This document shows, in pieces, positions 43,624 to 57,346 of a stretch of 64,000 nucleotides of DNA; position 1 is the stretch's first letter; every line of letters starts with the position of its first letter. The notes under the pieces are model-generated. The model searched no databases and was not told the DNA's origin. It worked only from the letters and a program-made list of their open reading frames with translations. Source of the DNA: Monocercomonoides exilis PA203. Lineage: Eukaryota; Protista; Preaxostyla. Made by a program: the position numbers and the translations under genes. Location: NCBI GenBank assembly GCA_001643675.2, contig LSRY02000015.1:1612001-1676000 (forward strand), given 5' to 3'.

Positions 43624-44536
43624 GAATTCACAATAATATTTGTTTTTCCTCTTTTCATTCAAAAAACTGCACTTATTCGATTGAAATATAAATCCATTTT
43701 GCTCTTCAAAAAAAAAAAAAAACCACAGACACTCCACCCCATTTCATCAGACGCGTTTTTGTTCTGGCTTTTCAGCAAATGGAAAAGTCTTCAGCCAAAC
43801 AGACACATAAACAAATGCCCATCACTTATAGCATGCGTTTATTTGCCTTTTCACTTTTTCCTCAACAAAAAAACAAAAAATTCATTTGAAACAATAATTA
43901 CTATTTTTTCACCCTTTCACTTTTGTTTTCGTGTGCCAAACACACCTCTCTCCATTTCTCAAAACTGTTTTTTCATCTCCAATTCTCCTATTCTGTGAAT
44001 ATGCCTTTGTTTTCGATGTCAATTCCAAACAGCTCTGTGCCTTCACGCATATCAATAATTATCAGCCAACAACAATACTCCAGAAAACACATTTGAAACA
44101 AAATGGCTGTTTCAGAAATAATTTTTTTTGGGGGGGGTATTTCATTTTTTTTCAAATAAGAAAACACATGATGGTTCAAATTGTTTTTCATTTTCATTCA
44201 TTCCTTTGCTGTTGAAGTTCCAATTCAACAAAAAAGAACAACAACAAAAAATATAAAATTAAAGCAAACACTCGTTTTTGTTCAAGAAATCAGTCATTCT
44301 CTTTTTGCTTGCGATTCGGAAACCGCAACAAAATTTCTTCACTGCGACTGACCAACTTGAGCATTCACAATGTCATCACTTCTGTTTCTGCTTCGTCGCC
44401 CCAATGCCAACTTTCTTTCCCCTCTCCTCATTCGGTGTTTCAAATCGTTCAAATTGTTCGATCCGCTCTCATTCGGCTTGTTTGTCGTTTCCATCATTCT
44501 TCCTTTTCCAGTTTTGTGCTCTTCAACCACAAACAA
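43624..44536 (-). repeat. 3' flank of receptor copy 2 (homolog of 8296-9198)
   Basis: Inverted near-identical match; homology ends at the DIRS-B 5' terminus. Confidence 0.9.
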
Positions 44537-47500
44537 CTACAGATATGATGTGTTGCAGAAACTGCTACTCCCAATACCGCTTCCTCTGCCAACATCGCTC
44601 GCATTTTCATCGTCGATTGCATCAGACGCTGTCACAATCACCATCTCTGCAGGAAAGTGCCCGAAGAACTCTCGCTTCAGCTCCACAAGCGTGGGCCTGT
44701 TCTTCGCCTGCAGCGTCACACACGCTTTCGTCGTCTCACCAAAACTGCTTGTCTCAATCACCCCCATGTTCGGCCTCTCCCCATTCTTTATCTTCTCTCC
44801 AGCCGTCTCAGCCTCAAAGTCTCCAAACGGGATCTGCAGTGTCAAGCACTCCCACAGCATCATCCCTATCGAGAATACAACAGTCTTCTTCGTTGTGTGT
44901 TTCTTTGTCCCATTCAGCAGCTCCGGTGCCTTCCACCTTAGACACTCTTTTTTGTAATTGTCCTCATCCTCAAAGGCTGAAGAAGGAAGAGAGTCTTCAT
45001 CATCATCACTGGCAGATGTGGCAACAGTTGATGATGAGATGGAAGAAGAGTCAGAATCATCATCAGACAATAAGTCTGAATGCATTACAATGCAGATCAC
45101 CATGTGTTCTGAGAACAATACAATGTGTGGACTGAGATTATTCAATGATTGAAGAGGGCTTTCCATTTCATCAAATGAGTGAAGAGCTCCATTTGCCACC
45201 CAGAACAGGATCTGGGCAGCTGTTTGTTCTCTTTCTTTCAATGTGCCTATTGCTATCTCCTTTGTTTTATTCCTTCCATGAAGCAGCATGAACAGCGAAT
45301 CCCTCAAGTCCACAATCAGCTTCTCATGAGGAGATGAACAGGCCATTGCATCCACAAGATTTGACATTGATGACGTGGTTGGGCACAAATCCTCCCCTCG
45401 AACAAATGTTGAATCTGAATCAGTTGTTGAAGTGGTTGAAGTGGATGAAATGGATGGTGATGGTGTTCTCTTTCTTGTCTCTTCTTCATCAACCTTTTCC
45501 AACATCCATTGAGGGATCTTGTCTGAATCTCTTCCCAAAATGTATTCTGTTGAGCCACTCTCAGATAGAAGATGCTCAGATGACTCTGAATGTTGCATAT
45601 TCGTGTCATATATTCTCTTCTTCATCCTCTCATCATTCTTCTTCTCTGCCTCCCTTTCAGCTCTCCTCCACTGCTCCTCAGGAGACATCTCCATCGTCAC
45701 CATCTCAAATACCTTCGGATCCTTTCTGATGTTATCATTCACAATCTCTTGCAATTCCTCATTTCTTTCCTTCACTTTCCTCCACCGAACAGCCAGAACA
45801 ACAATGATTACAAGCAGAAGCACAACAAATACAACACACACAATCACAATAATTTGCCACATTGACATTTCTTTCTTTCCTCCTTCAACAATCCTTTCAT
45901 CCCCATTAGCTTTGGGCTCACTTCTGTTCTTCAGAATGAAAGAATCAGTCGATGATGGGTTTTTGGCATCCCCAAACAGTATGCTCACTCTCACCTCTGC
46001 ATCATCTCCTGCCTCACGAATTATCTCCTTTTTCAGCCTCCCTTCGACTTCTGTCTCCGACACATATCCGCTCTCATCAAACTCATATTTCTCTATCTGC
46101 TTTTCATCGCCTATCTGCTTCACAATCATGAATGACAAGTTGCATGGGAGAAGAAGCCTCCCTTTGAACACTACCTCCACTTCTTCTCCTTTCTCCTTTG
46201 CTTCCACACTCTCCAACACAGGAATGAAGAATGAAGAATCCCTTTCAGAAATAATCCCTTCAAAGATGCACACATCATTCAAAAGCCACAACGATGTGCT
46301 TGGTAAAACCCCATCTCCACCTTTCAAACTCATCACATTCAATGTTCCTGAATCTGAACAGATGATATTTCTTCTCAGTGATGGGTAATTTGCTATTGAT
46401 GGATTGTTATTCTCAAATAACCCCATTTCAATTCCAACACTTCCTCCACTCATTGTTATTCCTCCATCGGGTGAATTCGAAATTGTTGTGTCTTTCATCA
46501 CCACAGAACTCTTCGAGAAGTCAACAACTGAACCATTCCACTGACAGATCTTATTACCAACGCCATTTATTTCTTCGGCATTATCAGCCAGGCTTCCCTC
46601 AAATGTGCACGAATCCACCAAGACATTCTCAGTCAAAGCAATTGCCACTTGACTCCCCTTTGATGACTCTGACGTGCACTTATGAAAAGAACAGTTGCAC
46701 ATCTCAAAGCTTGTCATGTGCTGAGCTGTGCAAATAATGCAAGGCCCAGAAGACAGCCGGCTGATGTTTGAGAATGATGATAACGCCAAAGATAAAACGA
46801 GTGAAGAATAGCCATTTTCAAATGAGATCAGACTTTCATTTTGCAAAGAGATATTTGTGGCTGTTAACTTTGAAATGCTCACTTTCTTACTCTTTCCACA
46901 TTCAATCACTGAGCTTGTGCATTGGACATTGCAAACAGTCAGATCTTCAAATGTTGCTCTTTCTGAGCTCAATATCTGGAACATTGGTTTCGAGAATTTC
47001 AAATATCCAACACCACATCGATCTGCCTCAAATATCCCATTTTCAACAACCAGTAGAGAAAAAATCAAAAAGGGTCCGCGATTTCTCCATTGATCCGCTC
47101 TCCGATAGGAATGAAACAGATTCGAGAATAAGAGATCCATTCAATTGGTGTATTAAGCATGAGCAGACAACATTCTGCATTCCACCAAAAACAAATGAAA
47201 CTCTCTCAATTCGAACAGACTCTGATGTCGTCACAGCCCCTTCCCCAGCCAAGTTCATCTCATTCACTTTTATCTCCCCATTCCTGCTTGCCTCCATCGA
47301 CTTGATTGTCACCTTCTGAGCTGAGCATGAGCCAGTTAGTGTTGTCTCATTCCATATCAGCAGCTGCGAATAATCCGATGGAATGATGTGGCTCACCCCA
47401 ACATTCAGCGATGAGCATGCGCTCTTCATTTCCCCACAATTCTTGCTGTCGCTGCTGTTCCCCACAATCGATGACACAAATATGAATTCGCTCCTGAACA

Positions 47501-50500
47501 CATACACTCTTCCCAACAGATCCTCTTCATCCTCATAATTGTCTGCTGTGCATCCCCATATCGCCAGCTCCTTCACAAATGGCTCCCCAAAGTTTATCAG
47601 GAACTGTGATTCACTTATCTGCGAGTCAAGATCTGTGCACTTCACAAACACATCTCTCCCTTTCAATGCAACATTCCCCTTGAATGTGATGTTCGACAGC
47701 ACAAATGGCAATGCCTTCTGTGTGGCACTCTGTGTTTTCAAAAACAATCCTCCTCCTCTCCCGTTGTTCGAACAGAAGCAGTCTGTCACATTTGTGTGAT
47801 TCATTTCCAGTCTCCCCCTCTCATTGAGAAGGAAAAACATCCCTCCTCCTTCATTCGAGCTTGCCGATCCACATTTATCAATTGTCGAATTCTCCATTTT
47901 CAATTTCACTTCATTCTGCATATCACAGAAAAGAAATGAAGGGTCGCTTGACTCACTGTGCGTCACATTCACAAACGAGCATTGCTCAAACAGAACATTC
48001 CACTCTTCAACTTCTGCATTATTATTTCCATTTTCTGGAATCTCATTATCATTCATCACAATTGCACTTTCCCCACTCAACGATATTTCTTCAAAGGAAA
48101 CATCGCTCATAGTTATCACACTTCTAACTGATATACTCATTATCTCATGCATCGTTGAGAATCCAGCTATGTTTGTCTTTTCGATTGAAACAATTCCTTT
48201 TGAAGCACTTATCAATACAAATGTCAATTCACCTTCAGCATTGTCACTCATGTGAATTGAACATCCTGCAATACTCGTATTGATTGCATCTGAGCCTGTC
48301 TGCATGAGGATGTTTGCCTCGTTATCGAAGGCACTAGGGATCAGAATCCCCACTTCTTTGAATTGAACAACCCCTTTGCATTCAACAACAGCATCCTTGT
48401 CTCCTTCAATTATTTTCACAAATTGAATTTTGTCTGTTTCGCCATTTGTTCCTTCCAGCCTCATCCCGCTCACACTCATTTCGCTCCTCACATCACAAGT
48501 CCCCTGAATGGCAATCGACTCAATCCCCAAACTACTCCCTCTCTTCAGCCCATAATCAACAGACCCACACGGATACTCCAACAGCCCACACACAACCACA
48601 TTGTTTCCTTCCCGCGCAACATGCACACTCGACCCAACCTCTTTCCAGAAATAGATCAGTGGGATTGCACACTCTCTGTTTCCTCCATCATACCCTCTCA
48701 TCGAGTCTTCGGTCAGCATCTCCAGTCTATCTTTCACAAATGGCAGGGTTTCGTTCTTGATGCTGCTGATAAGCGATGGAGATGAAACAAACAAATCTTT
48801 TCCATATTTTGCATTGTTTGGTTTGTCAGAAGAAAAAGTTGGAGAGGATATCACAAAATCTGTCTCACCCATTTCACTCAACAAGTTCAACATTATTCCT
48901 CCTCCATGTCCAACTTCTTCCCCTTCAAATGGAGCTGTGCAACAATAAACCTTGCACTTGTTCATCAACAGATTCGTATTTGCAGATGCCTCATAAAAGA
49001 GTGCACCTCCTCCAATCTCATTTCCTTCTTCTTCAACAGCACACCCTTCGAATGTGCAATCATTTATTTCTGCTTTGTAATCGCTTCCATCATAACAATC
49101 GTTCGTAATGCTGATGCACCCTCCACTTCCCTTCGAACGAGTAATCGATGAAAATGTGCATCCTGTTATCTTCTCGATATTTCCATTGTGGCACTCAACA
49201 ACACATCCATTGCCAAATGTGATTTCTCCAAAATCGCTGTTTGTCATGTTCATTGAAGGCCTTGAATTAATACTTCCCTCAACAATGAAAAACGAAGAAT
49301 CTCCTTTTTTCATATTCACTGTTGAAAACTCAATCACTTCCACAGCCCCTCCAACAACACTCACAAACACTGTTGAAAGAGCCTCAGCTCCTCCTTCCAT
49401 CCCACATTTGTTCAGTGTGAGTTTCTCAGAATGGCATTCAAACACACATTCATGAGATGAAAGCGATTGAATCAAAGAAAATACAATGCTGGTCATTGAC
49501 ACAGAAACTGAGTTCTCAATCAATCCGCTTTGCGTTCCCTCTGTCAGATCGGCAACACCGCATTTCATTTCATTCTGTTTTGCTTTGACGTTCCATTCAT
49601 CTGTCCTCAAGCTCAATTCATCCTCAAAGGCAAATGATTCAAAAATGGTTATGTCTTTTTTCTTCCCTTCAAAATGGACTGATGCTGCCTTCGCGATTGT
49701 GGAGCATGGTAATGACTCATATCCACACATCGAAAAATCATGACTTGACATTCCTCCTCCAACAAAGGCAGATCCTGAAAAGTTATCCCACAGATACACC
49801 ACCAGCGGGATGGCAAATGCATCATTCAATGTTGATCTCTCGAATCCATTCAATTTCGTAAAGTTATTCAAATCAACTTCAAATCCCATCGACCTTCTGC
49901 TAATCACACTTGTGAGTTCATGTGCATTAATGAACATTTCTTTCCCCTCTCTCGCATCACACCCAGAAAATGAAACATCTCTCAAAATGAATGAACTTGC
50001 CCCATCATCCAGATGAAGATAAATCCCTCCTCCATGTCCGTGCTCTCCACCTGTGTTTTGTGTTGCCTTGCAGCTCGCAAGTTCAAATAAATCACTTTCA
50101 TCATTCGGAAATATTGCCCTTGCTGAGTCAGCATCTGTCATATTTCCCACGGTGAATGATGATCCTTCTTCCATCTCAACCCACAATCCTCCTCCATTTC
50201 CTCCATTGCTCTCACACCCAGACATCGTCCCTCCAACTATTTCCAGTGAGCAATCTCTCCCAAGTGTGCATTCCATTGCTCCTCCATCTCCTCCATCTCC
50301 TTTGAATCCACTCATCGTGTTGTTTGTGAGCTTCAGCATCTTGGCTGAATTTGTGGAAATTGCTCGAATTGATCCTGATGGCAAATCTGTTTGTGAAGAT
50401 GCTTTCACTGAAAGTGTTGAATCTTCACCCGTCAAAGATGCTCCATTCACCGCCCCAAACAAAACACTATTTCCTGTCGAGCTCATATCCTCGGCACTCA

Positions 50501-53500
50501 AAGAAGTGAATGAACCAGCGGTATTGATTCCATCGAGAGAAATCAACGGACAATTCCCAATAACCAGAGACAATACATTCAACAATGAAACTGAAACCTC
50601 ACCTGCTGTTGCTGATAAAAACACATAAGACAACGCTGATTGGGGATCTTGAAATGTCAGCGAGCAGCCATCAAGCGAAAATAACTGTGAGGTGGAACAG
50701 AAGAATGCTTCGTGGTTTGGAAGAGCAGATGGAACAGAGAAAACAAGTGAACTCATATTCGTATTTGCACTGACCGTTATCATGCTTCCGTCACTTCCAT
50801 TCGGATCATCGCTCATCTCCCATCCACTGTTTTCATCTTTCCCCCTGATTGTGTGTTGGAAGGAGTTGAATATTAGCTCATTTTTCAGTTCAATCATCCC
50901 ATCGACAACAATCTTCTTTTCACTAATTTGCCTTGTCAGAGAATGCTTCAGAGTCAGACAGGGAAACTCGGCAAACCCACAACGAGAATGATCAAATGCA
51001 TCAACATTGCTCACAATGATCTCTTCTGGCAAAGGAATCAAATAAACACAAAGTGGAATTGGAATTGAATCATTTCCATTATCATATCCTTGTATCGTGC
51101 TCTTTGTATCAAACGAAGCTGTCAATGAAGCGATTTTCCCACCTTTTGCTGTTGTTTCCAGATCGACTGAGTCAACAAAAATGTCACTTCCCCATTTGGC
51201 TCTGTTCCCTTCAAATGCTGATGAAACAAGAAACTCTGCATTTGTATTTCTCACTTTCAGCCCAATCCCTCCTCCTCTCCCTTGGATGGTTGAGGCATAA
51301 CAGTTTCTCACAACGCCTCCACTCACATTCAATGAACCAACATTCCCCACTTCAACCATCATCCCTCCTCCAAACTCAGAGGCTTCACTCCCACAGCCAT
51401 CAAGTGTGCATCCATAAAGAGTTATTGAATATGACCCTTCATTTACGCTCATCAGCGATGATCCTGCTGTTGTCCTCACAATGTTGCTGAATGTGCAGTT
51501 ATCCAGAGACAATGAAACTGAAGATCCTTGAGAAAATGAGATCACACTTGTGGTGCTGAATGTTTGTCCCCATCTCACATCTTTCATCTTCAACTCTCCC
51601 CCATCCATATTCACAAGCGAGTTCTGGATGCTCCTCTCTTCTGAATGATCTGCATCCATCGATATGTTCAATCTCTCCAAATTAATCCCTCCAGCCCCTT
51701 GAACCTCAAACAATCTGCTTCTTCGATTATTTTCAAATGATGAATTGTGAACCACAGACAGATCGCTCACAGCCAACTCCCCTGCTCCAACACAAAACAG
51801 ACTCAGTCCATTTGATTCAAATTGTGTTTCAATAAATGAGCCAGCTGGAGAAACTCCATTCACAGAGATCGTTTTCTCTCCAATATCAACTCCCTTTCCT
51901 TCCACAACTGTTCCACTCAACACCTTGATTTCATTCACAAATCCAGAAATCATTTGAGTCAGACAATGACTCACTGTTGCACAGGGATAAGTTTGATCAA
52001 GTCCACAAAAATATGAATCTCTCACCTTGTTATCATTTGATGAACTTTTCACATATCTAATTCTACCTCCATCATTTCTCAACCAATTGCTTTTGTCAGA
52101 GGCAGATGACAATTCAGTTGAGACTCTGTTATTTGTTGATCTTGTTGTCAAACATGTTGAATCTATTTGATTATTCACTGCGAATCTCAAAACCACATCA
52201 TGGCCTACAGTCCGAGCAATATTATTATGAAAAAAACAACAAAACAGTTGGACTTCTTCTTGATTCAGCGTGTTATATATGTATATCCCTCCTGCGCCAA
52301 ATTTTGAAACACAATTCAAAAAGCAACAAGAAACACAACACTTTTTGATATTGCACAAAACAACATCACATCCACCTCCAGCAGAACTTGCTTCATTGTT
52401 TCCGCTGCAATTGTCAAACAAACATTCAATCAGGCATTCTTCTTGTTTTTGACATACACAGTACCAAATACTTATCCCACCTCCATCATTTCCTGACAAA
52501 CAATTTTTGAAAAGACAATTCGAAAAGATAACCTGTGATAGAATTTGGTGGCAACAAGCACCTCCTCCTCCACTATCTCCTTCGAGTATGGCACTTGTGC
52601 AGTTGTTGAATATGCTGTTGTTGGTTGAAATCTCTGATACACTCTTTGCAAAGATTCCTCCTCCTAATAATTTTGTTGCTTTGCAATTCGAAAATGAAGA
52701 ATTGAGAACTGTGAGAATTGCATCTGGATTGTCGTGCACATAAAGTGCCCCTCCACAATCAGCTGTTTCATTGATCCATTCGCTCAACTCAAAGGATTGA
52801 GTCTCTGTTGTGCTCAATCTGTTCTTTTTGTTCAACAAGTTTTCGATTCTCATATTATTTATGAATGATGAATTTGTTGATGAAAATGAAGAAGAATGGA
52901 CAGTTCCACAAATGACTCCTCCTTGAAGTCCATTTGTTGAATCACATATTTGACAATTGTCAAGAACACTTTTCCAGGCTCCGAGTTTCATTTTTTCATT
53001 GTTTGTCTTATGATATTGAGTGATGTTGAAAAAGGAACATTTTGAAATTTCTTCAGAATCACAACATCCAGAATGAAGAACGCTTCCACAATTCAAAATC
53101 ACATTGTTGCTGAATGTTGATTCAGATAATCTTAGTGAGGCTGTGAGCGACGTTGAAGAAAGGCTGCTCATTGGTTGATATTTTAGAGACTTTAAAGAAA
53201 CATTGAAAAGATTGAATGAACCAAGACAATGAACTGGAGAAACACTCATCTTTTCTGATACAACAATTGTGATATGTTCAAACTTGCACTTTGAAAAAGC
53301 ATCAATTGACATGGAAGGTTTTGCTCCAAATGATTTTATTCTTAAAGACATTGCAATCATTGATGCATTAGTTTCTATCATCGATGATTTGATTTCAGTC
53401 TGATCTCTACTGTTTTTGATCGACATTAAGTTAAGATTAGTAATTTTGTTTGAATAATCAAAATCTTTCTGTTCTTTACCAAAGAATAATTCCTCTGTTC

Positions 53501-53690
53501 TTATTAATTGTAATTCTTTTATTCTTGTTTGAATGTCATCATTCAATAAAGAGAAACTCTCCTGAGCTTCATTCATTTCAATGCCATTGACAAAGGATTG
53601 GAAAGAATGAATCACAAAAAAGAATACAACCATTATCGGCTTTTTTGTGACATTCATAATTTTTATTCTGCTTTTCTGGTTTCTGTTCAT
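44537..53690 (-). CDS. Giant receptor-like protein, copy 2 (complete, ~3,050 aa); one +1 homopolymer frameshift at 47059-47064
   Basis: ORFs 47043-53690 and 44537-47140 join if A6 (47059-47064) is A5, as in copy 3 (gatttttctctactg). N-terminal hydrophobic segment MVVFFFVIHSFQSFVNG; same ectodomain modules, TM and pseudokinase tail as copy 1. Confidence 0.88.
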
Positions 53691-55483
53691 TTGCCTTTGA
53701 TCTCTCTTCCCATAAATAATATTATTTTCATTTTTTTTTTGGTTTCAAAAACAATCTTCAATGGAATTGTTTGACTCAAAAAGACAATTCAACTTGAAAA
53801 CCTGTTTCTCATCAAAAATGCATTTCTTTTAATAGATTCAAAAACAATAAATTTGAGAAAATTGTATTTTTGTTCTTGTTTCAACAATTTTTGTGAATAT
53901 ATAAATAAATATATATATATATATTAAATGGAAAACCGAATCCTTTAAAGAACAATGTAATTTTCAAAAAAACTAAGATTTGAAAAACAAGTTGTGAAGT
54001 TTTTATAAAACAATCTTTAAATCCTTAATAAAAATTTTCGTTCATCAAATCAAGAAAATTTATTATCTGTTTTTGTGTATTTTCAGGAAGAAGATAATCA
54101 CCTTGTTTTTTTTATTTTTGTTTTTATTTTCATTTTTTTTTCATTTATTTTTTATTTTTTATTTTATTTTATTTTTTTTGAATTATCAGTTTTGTTATAT
54201 CGATTGTGATAAACGATTTATTTTATGAGCAAAAACAAACATATGATATTCATGAATAAAAAATAAAGAAAAGATAATTTAAATATCAAATTTTTTGTAA
54301 ATCTTGTTTGAGATATTTTTGAATAAAAAAAAAAGCTAATAATCTATACTCACCTTGCTGATTCGATTGATTAAATATCCTTTTTGCTGTGGGATTTTAT
54401 TTTTCAATAAAGTTTCACATCAAAAATTTGAAATCACTTTTCTTTTCAAAAAAAGACAAATACTATTCAGCAATTAATTAAAACAAGCATTGATGTTCAA
54501 ACAGAAGGATATTTGTGAAAAATGAATCAAAAAGGAATTATTCTGTTCATTGAATAAGATATATTTTTTGCAACTTTTCAAATAAATTGAATCATAACAT
54601 TTATAATGTTTTTTTCATTTTTGACTCTTTTGAAACAATTCTTTATTATTAACTTTCAATTTGTTTCGAACAAAGTTCGTAATTAAATTGTTAATAAAAA
54701 CAGAAATTCAGGAATATCATTCGAATAACATATAATAGGAACCAAAATATTTTCAACGGAATTAGAATTGTCATTCAAAATGAATTTATTCTATGTCAAA
54801 GTTGAAACACTGAAAAGAATTCACTTTCACATTTCAGTGGACATGAATGGTTTTTATTCTCAATATTGTAACAATAAATAACTGGTTTTGTTTATCAAAT
54901 GTTCATTTTTTCGATGAAAGCAACAATTCATCTTTCTCAAGAAAAACAGATAATATTTATTATTTCTTGAAAAGTTCCTTTTGTTTTTTTGTCATGAGAA
55001 AATTAAAATTGAGTATTTAAATCAAATTTTCATTCCAACATATCAAAATAATATGGGTTATTCATTTTGAAAAATCTCGAATGTTGAATATATCAAAGCT
55101 TAATAAAAATGGACATTTTTTGATCATTTTTTGTTGTTTATCCATCAAATATCTCCACTATGTACTTATACTCAAATCAAATAAACATGATGTTTCTGAT
55201 CAGCAAAATGATAGAGATTGATTATTCAATTGCAGAAAATGATAAAATAAAATACATTTTTGTTAAACCAGTATAGGGTGCATATTTCATCATGACCTCA
55301 AAATTTTATCTCAACACTATTTTTTTGAAACTTATTTTTGCTTTTTTGATTTGTGAAAAGGCAAAAAACAAAAACAAAATTAATAGACTTCTATATATTT
55401 ATGTTTTTCAGAATTCTGTAGAAAAAATTTTTGAAATTGTTATGTTCCAAAAAATATTAAAAATTTTATTATTTTTAAATCCA

Positions 55484-56088
55484 GATCAAAGACTTGCTGG
55501 TTGTGCAGCCAATATTTCATACGGAACGTTTTAAGCAATAGCATCACAATTCTGGACTCCTATATTATAATTTTAACTTGTTTTCAACATTTTCAATTTA
55601 ATTTTAGACATTTTTTTCTTATTTCACTGTTTTTGCTTAAAGCACGATTTTTTATATAAACCAGTGTTTGTGTCAAATTTTTTAAAACATAAAAAATAAA
55701 AACAAAATGTTATTTATCGTTTATTTGTATGAAGCAACGAAATGAAAAGGAACTATTCTAGAATTTGAACTGAAAAGCAAGTATATATGATTTTTTTGTT
55801 GTTCAAATTATTAAACATACACATACAAATAATTATTTAAACAAACAAGAATCGTTTTATTTAAATAATGTTTATTTATTATTTCAATAAATTTCAAAAC
55901 AAATTCATATGTGTCCTTAAAATCGTGTTTTTTAAAAATAATGTGTGAAATGAGAAAAAGTGTTTTAAAAACAAGTTAAGAAAGTTAAAAACAACCAGAT
56001 CATGTAAAAAATAAACGATATATAATGATATGAAAGCTTAAAACTTCTGATAAATAATATTCGCTGGAAAAGCAACAAGTCAATGATC
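55484..56088. repeat. Degenerate inverted repeat (old MITE-like) in the spacer between copies 2 and 3
   Basis: gatcaaagacttgctggttgtgcagccaatatt (55484-) is an imperfect reverse complement of aatattcgctggaaaagcaacaagtcaatgatc (-56088). Further inverted patches: ttaacttgtttt/aaaacaagttaa, cttatttcac/gtgaaatgag, cacgattt/aaatcgtg. Confidence 0.5.
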
Positions 56089-57346
56089 AAAACATAAAAT
56101 TATAATAATCCTCGATCTTTTTGAAAAAAATGAAATATTGAAAAAAAAAAATACAGAATAAGGAAAATAAAACATTTCAAACATTTCTGGTTATTTTTTA
56201 TTTATCGCAGGCTTGTGTAAAGCAAAAAGCATAGCAAATAAGAAAAAGGTCTGGATAAAGAAAAAAGGTCAAGATAAAATTATAGCCCAAATAACATCTG
56301 CGACTTTTCTAAAGGAATAACACATTGGAGATGTTCTTTTATTTTTCAATAGACTTTATTTCATTTTAATAATTAAAGCAATAGGATATTTAAATTTTAA
56401 TCTTGAGATTAGTGTAAATATGAGTGAGAAAACATATTTTTTGCTTTGTTCAAAAAAATCTTGAAAATTTATATATTAACATGATGAGTGAATTCTGTTT
56501 CTTTCTTTCTTTATTTATTTAAATGATAAATGAAATGGAATAGCAACGTATTTCAGTGTTGTTCACATGATGTTTTGTTTTTGATATCCTTGAATTAAAA
56601 AAGAGTTCAAAAAGATGTGCAAACAATAATTATCAAAAGTGACTAAGAAATTCGTAATACTCAAGATAAATTTTGAAATAACTCGAAACATAATTAAATA
56701 TTAAGGTTGTTTTGCAAGATTTATGTCTTTATTTTTTTGAAATAAATAAAGAAAGAAAAATAGTCCAAAATGGACAAAACAAATGATCAAAAACAAATTG
56801 AAAATTCTTTTTATTTATGTCAAAAACAAAAATTTGTCACATAATTATTTTTTTGAACGTTAAATACGTGTGCAGCCTTTGTTCAATACATATTAAAAAT
56901 TCATAGTTTATAATAATCACATCCTCCATATAAAAAATGTTCTGATGAAAAACTATTTCAGGATAAAAAAACCACCAATTGTTTCATTGTTTATTTCAAT
57001 ATCTTTTATCAATTATTTCAAACGAAAATATTTCTTTTGATAGCTATTCTCCTTTTCATTGATAGATAATTGCGCATTGAAGAATATATTGTTGTAAATG
57101 GACTCAAAAGGTTACATTCTTCATTCAGATAGAATGAAACAAAATCAGAGAGATTCAAGAGAGGCAAAAAAGAAAATACCATCTTCAATATCAGAAAAGA
57201 ATTATTCTCAGAAGGCAGAGCATTATGAACAACCATCGATAAAGCAAATGAAAGAAAGACAGGAATTATCACTATTTGTCATAATCCGCAATTATTTGAA
57301 TTTAATAAAAATATGGTTAATGATGACCCATTAAAATCTTTTGAAT

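Noticed and set aside
53700-57000. Short ORFs in AT-rich spacers (also 30607-31412, 11999-12286)
   Set aside because: Composition driven by A/T homopolymers; no motifs.
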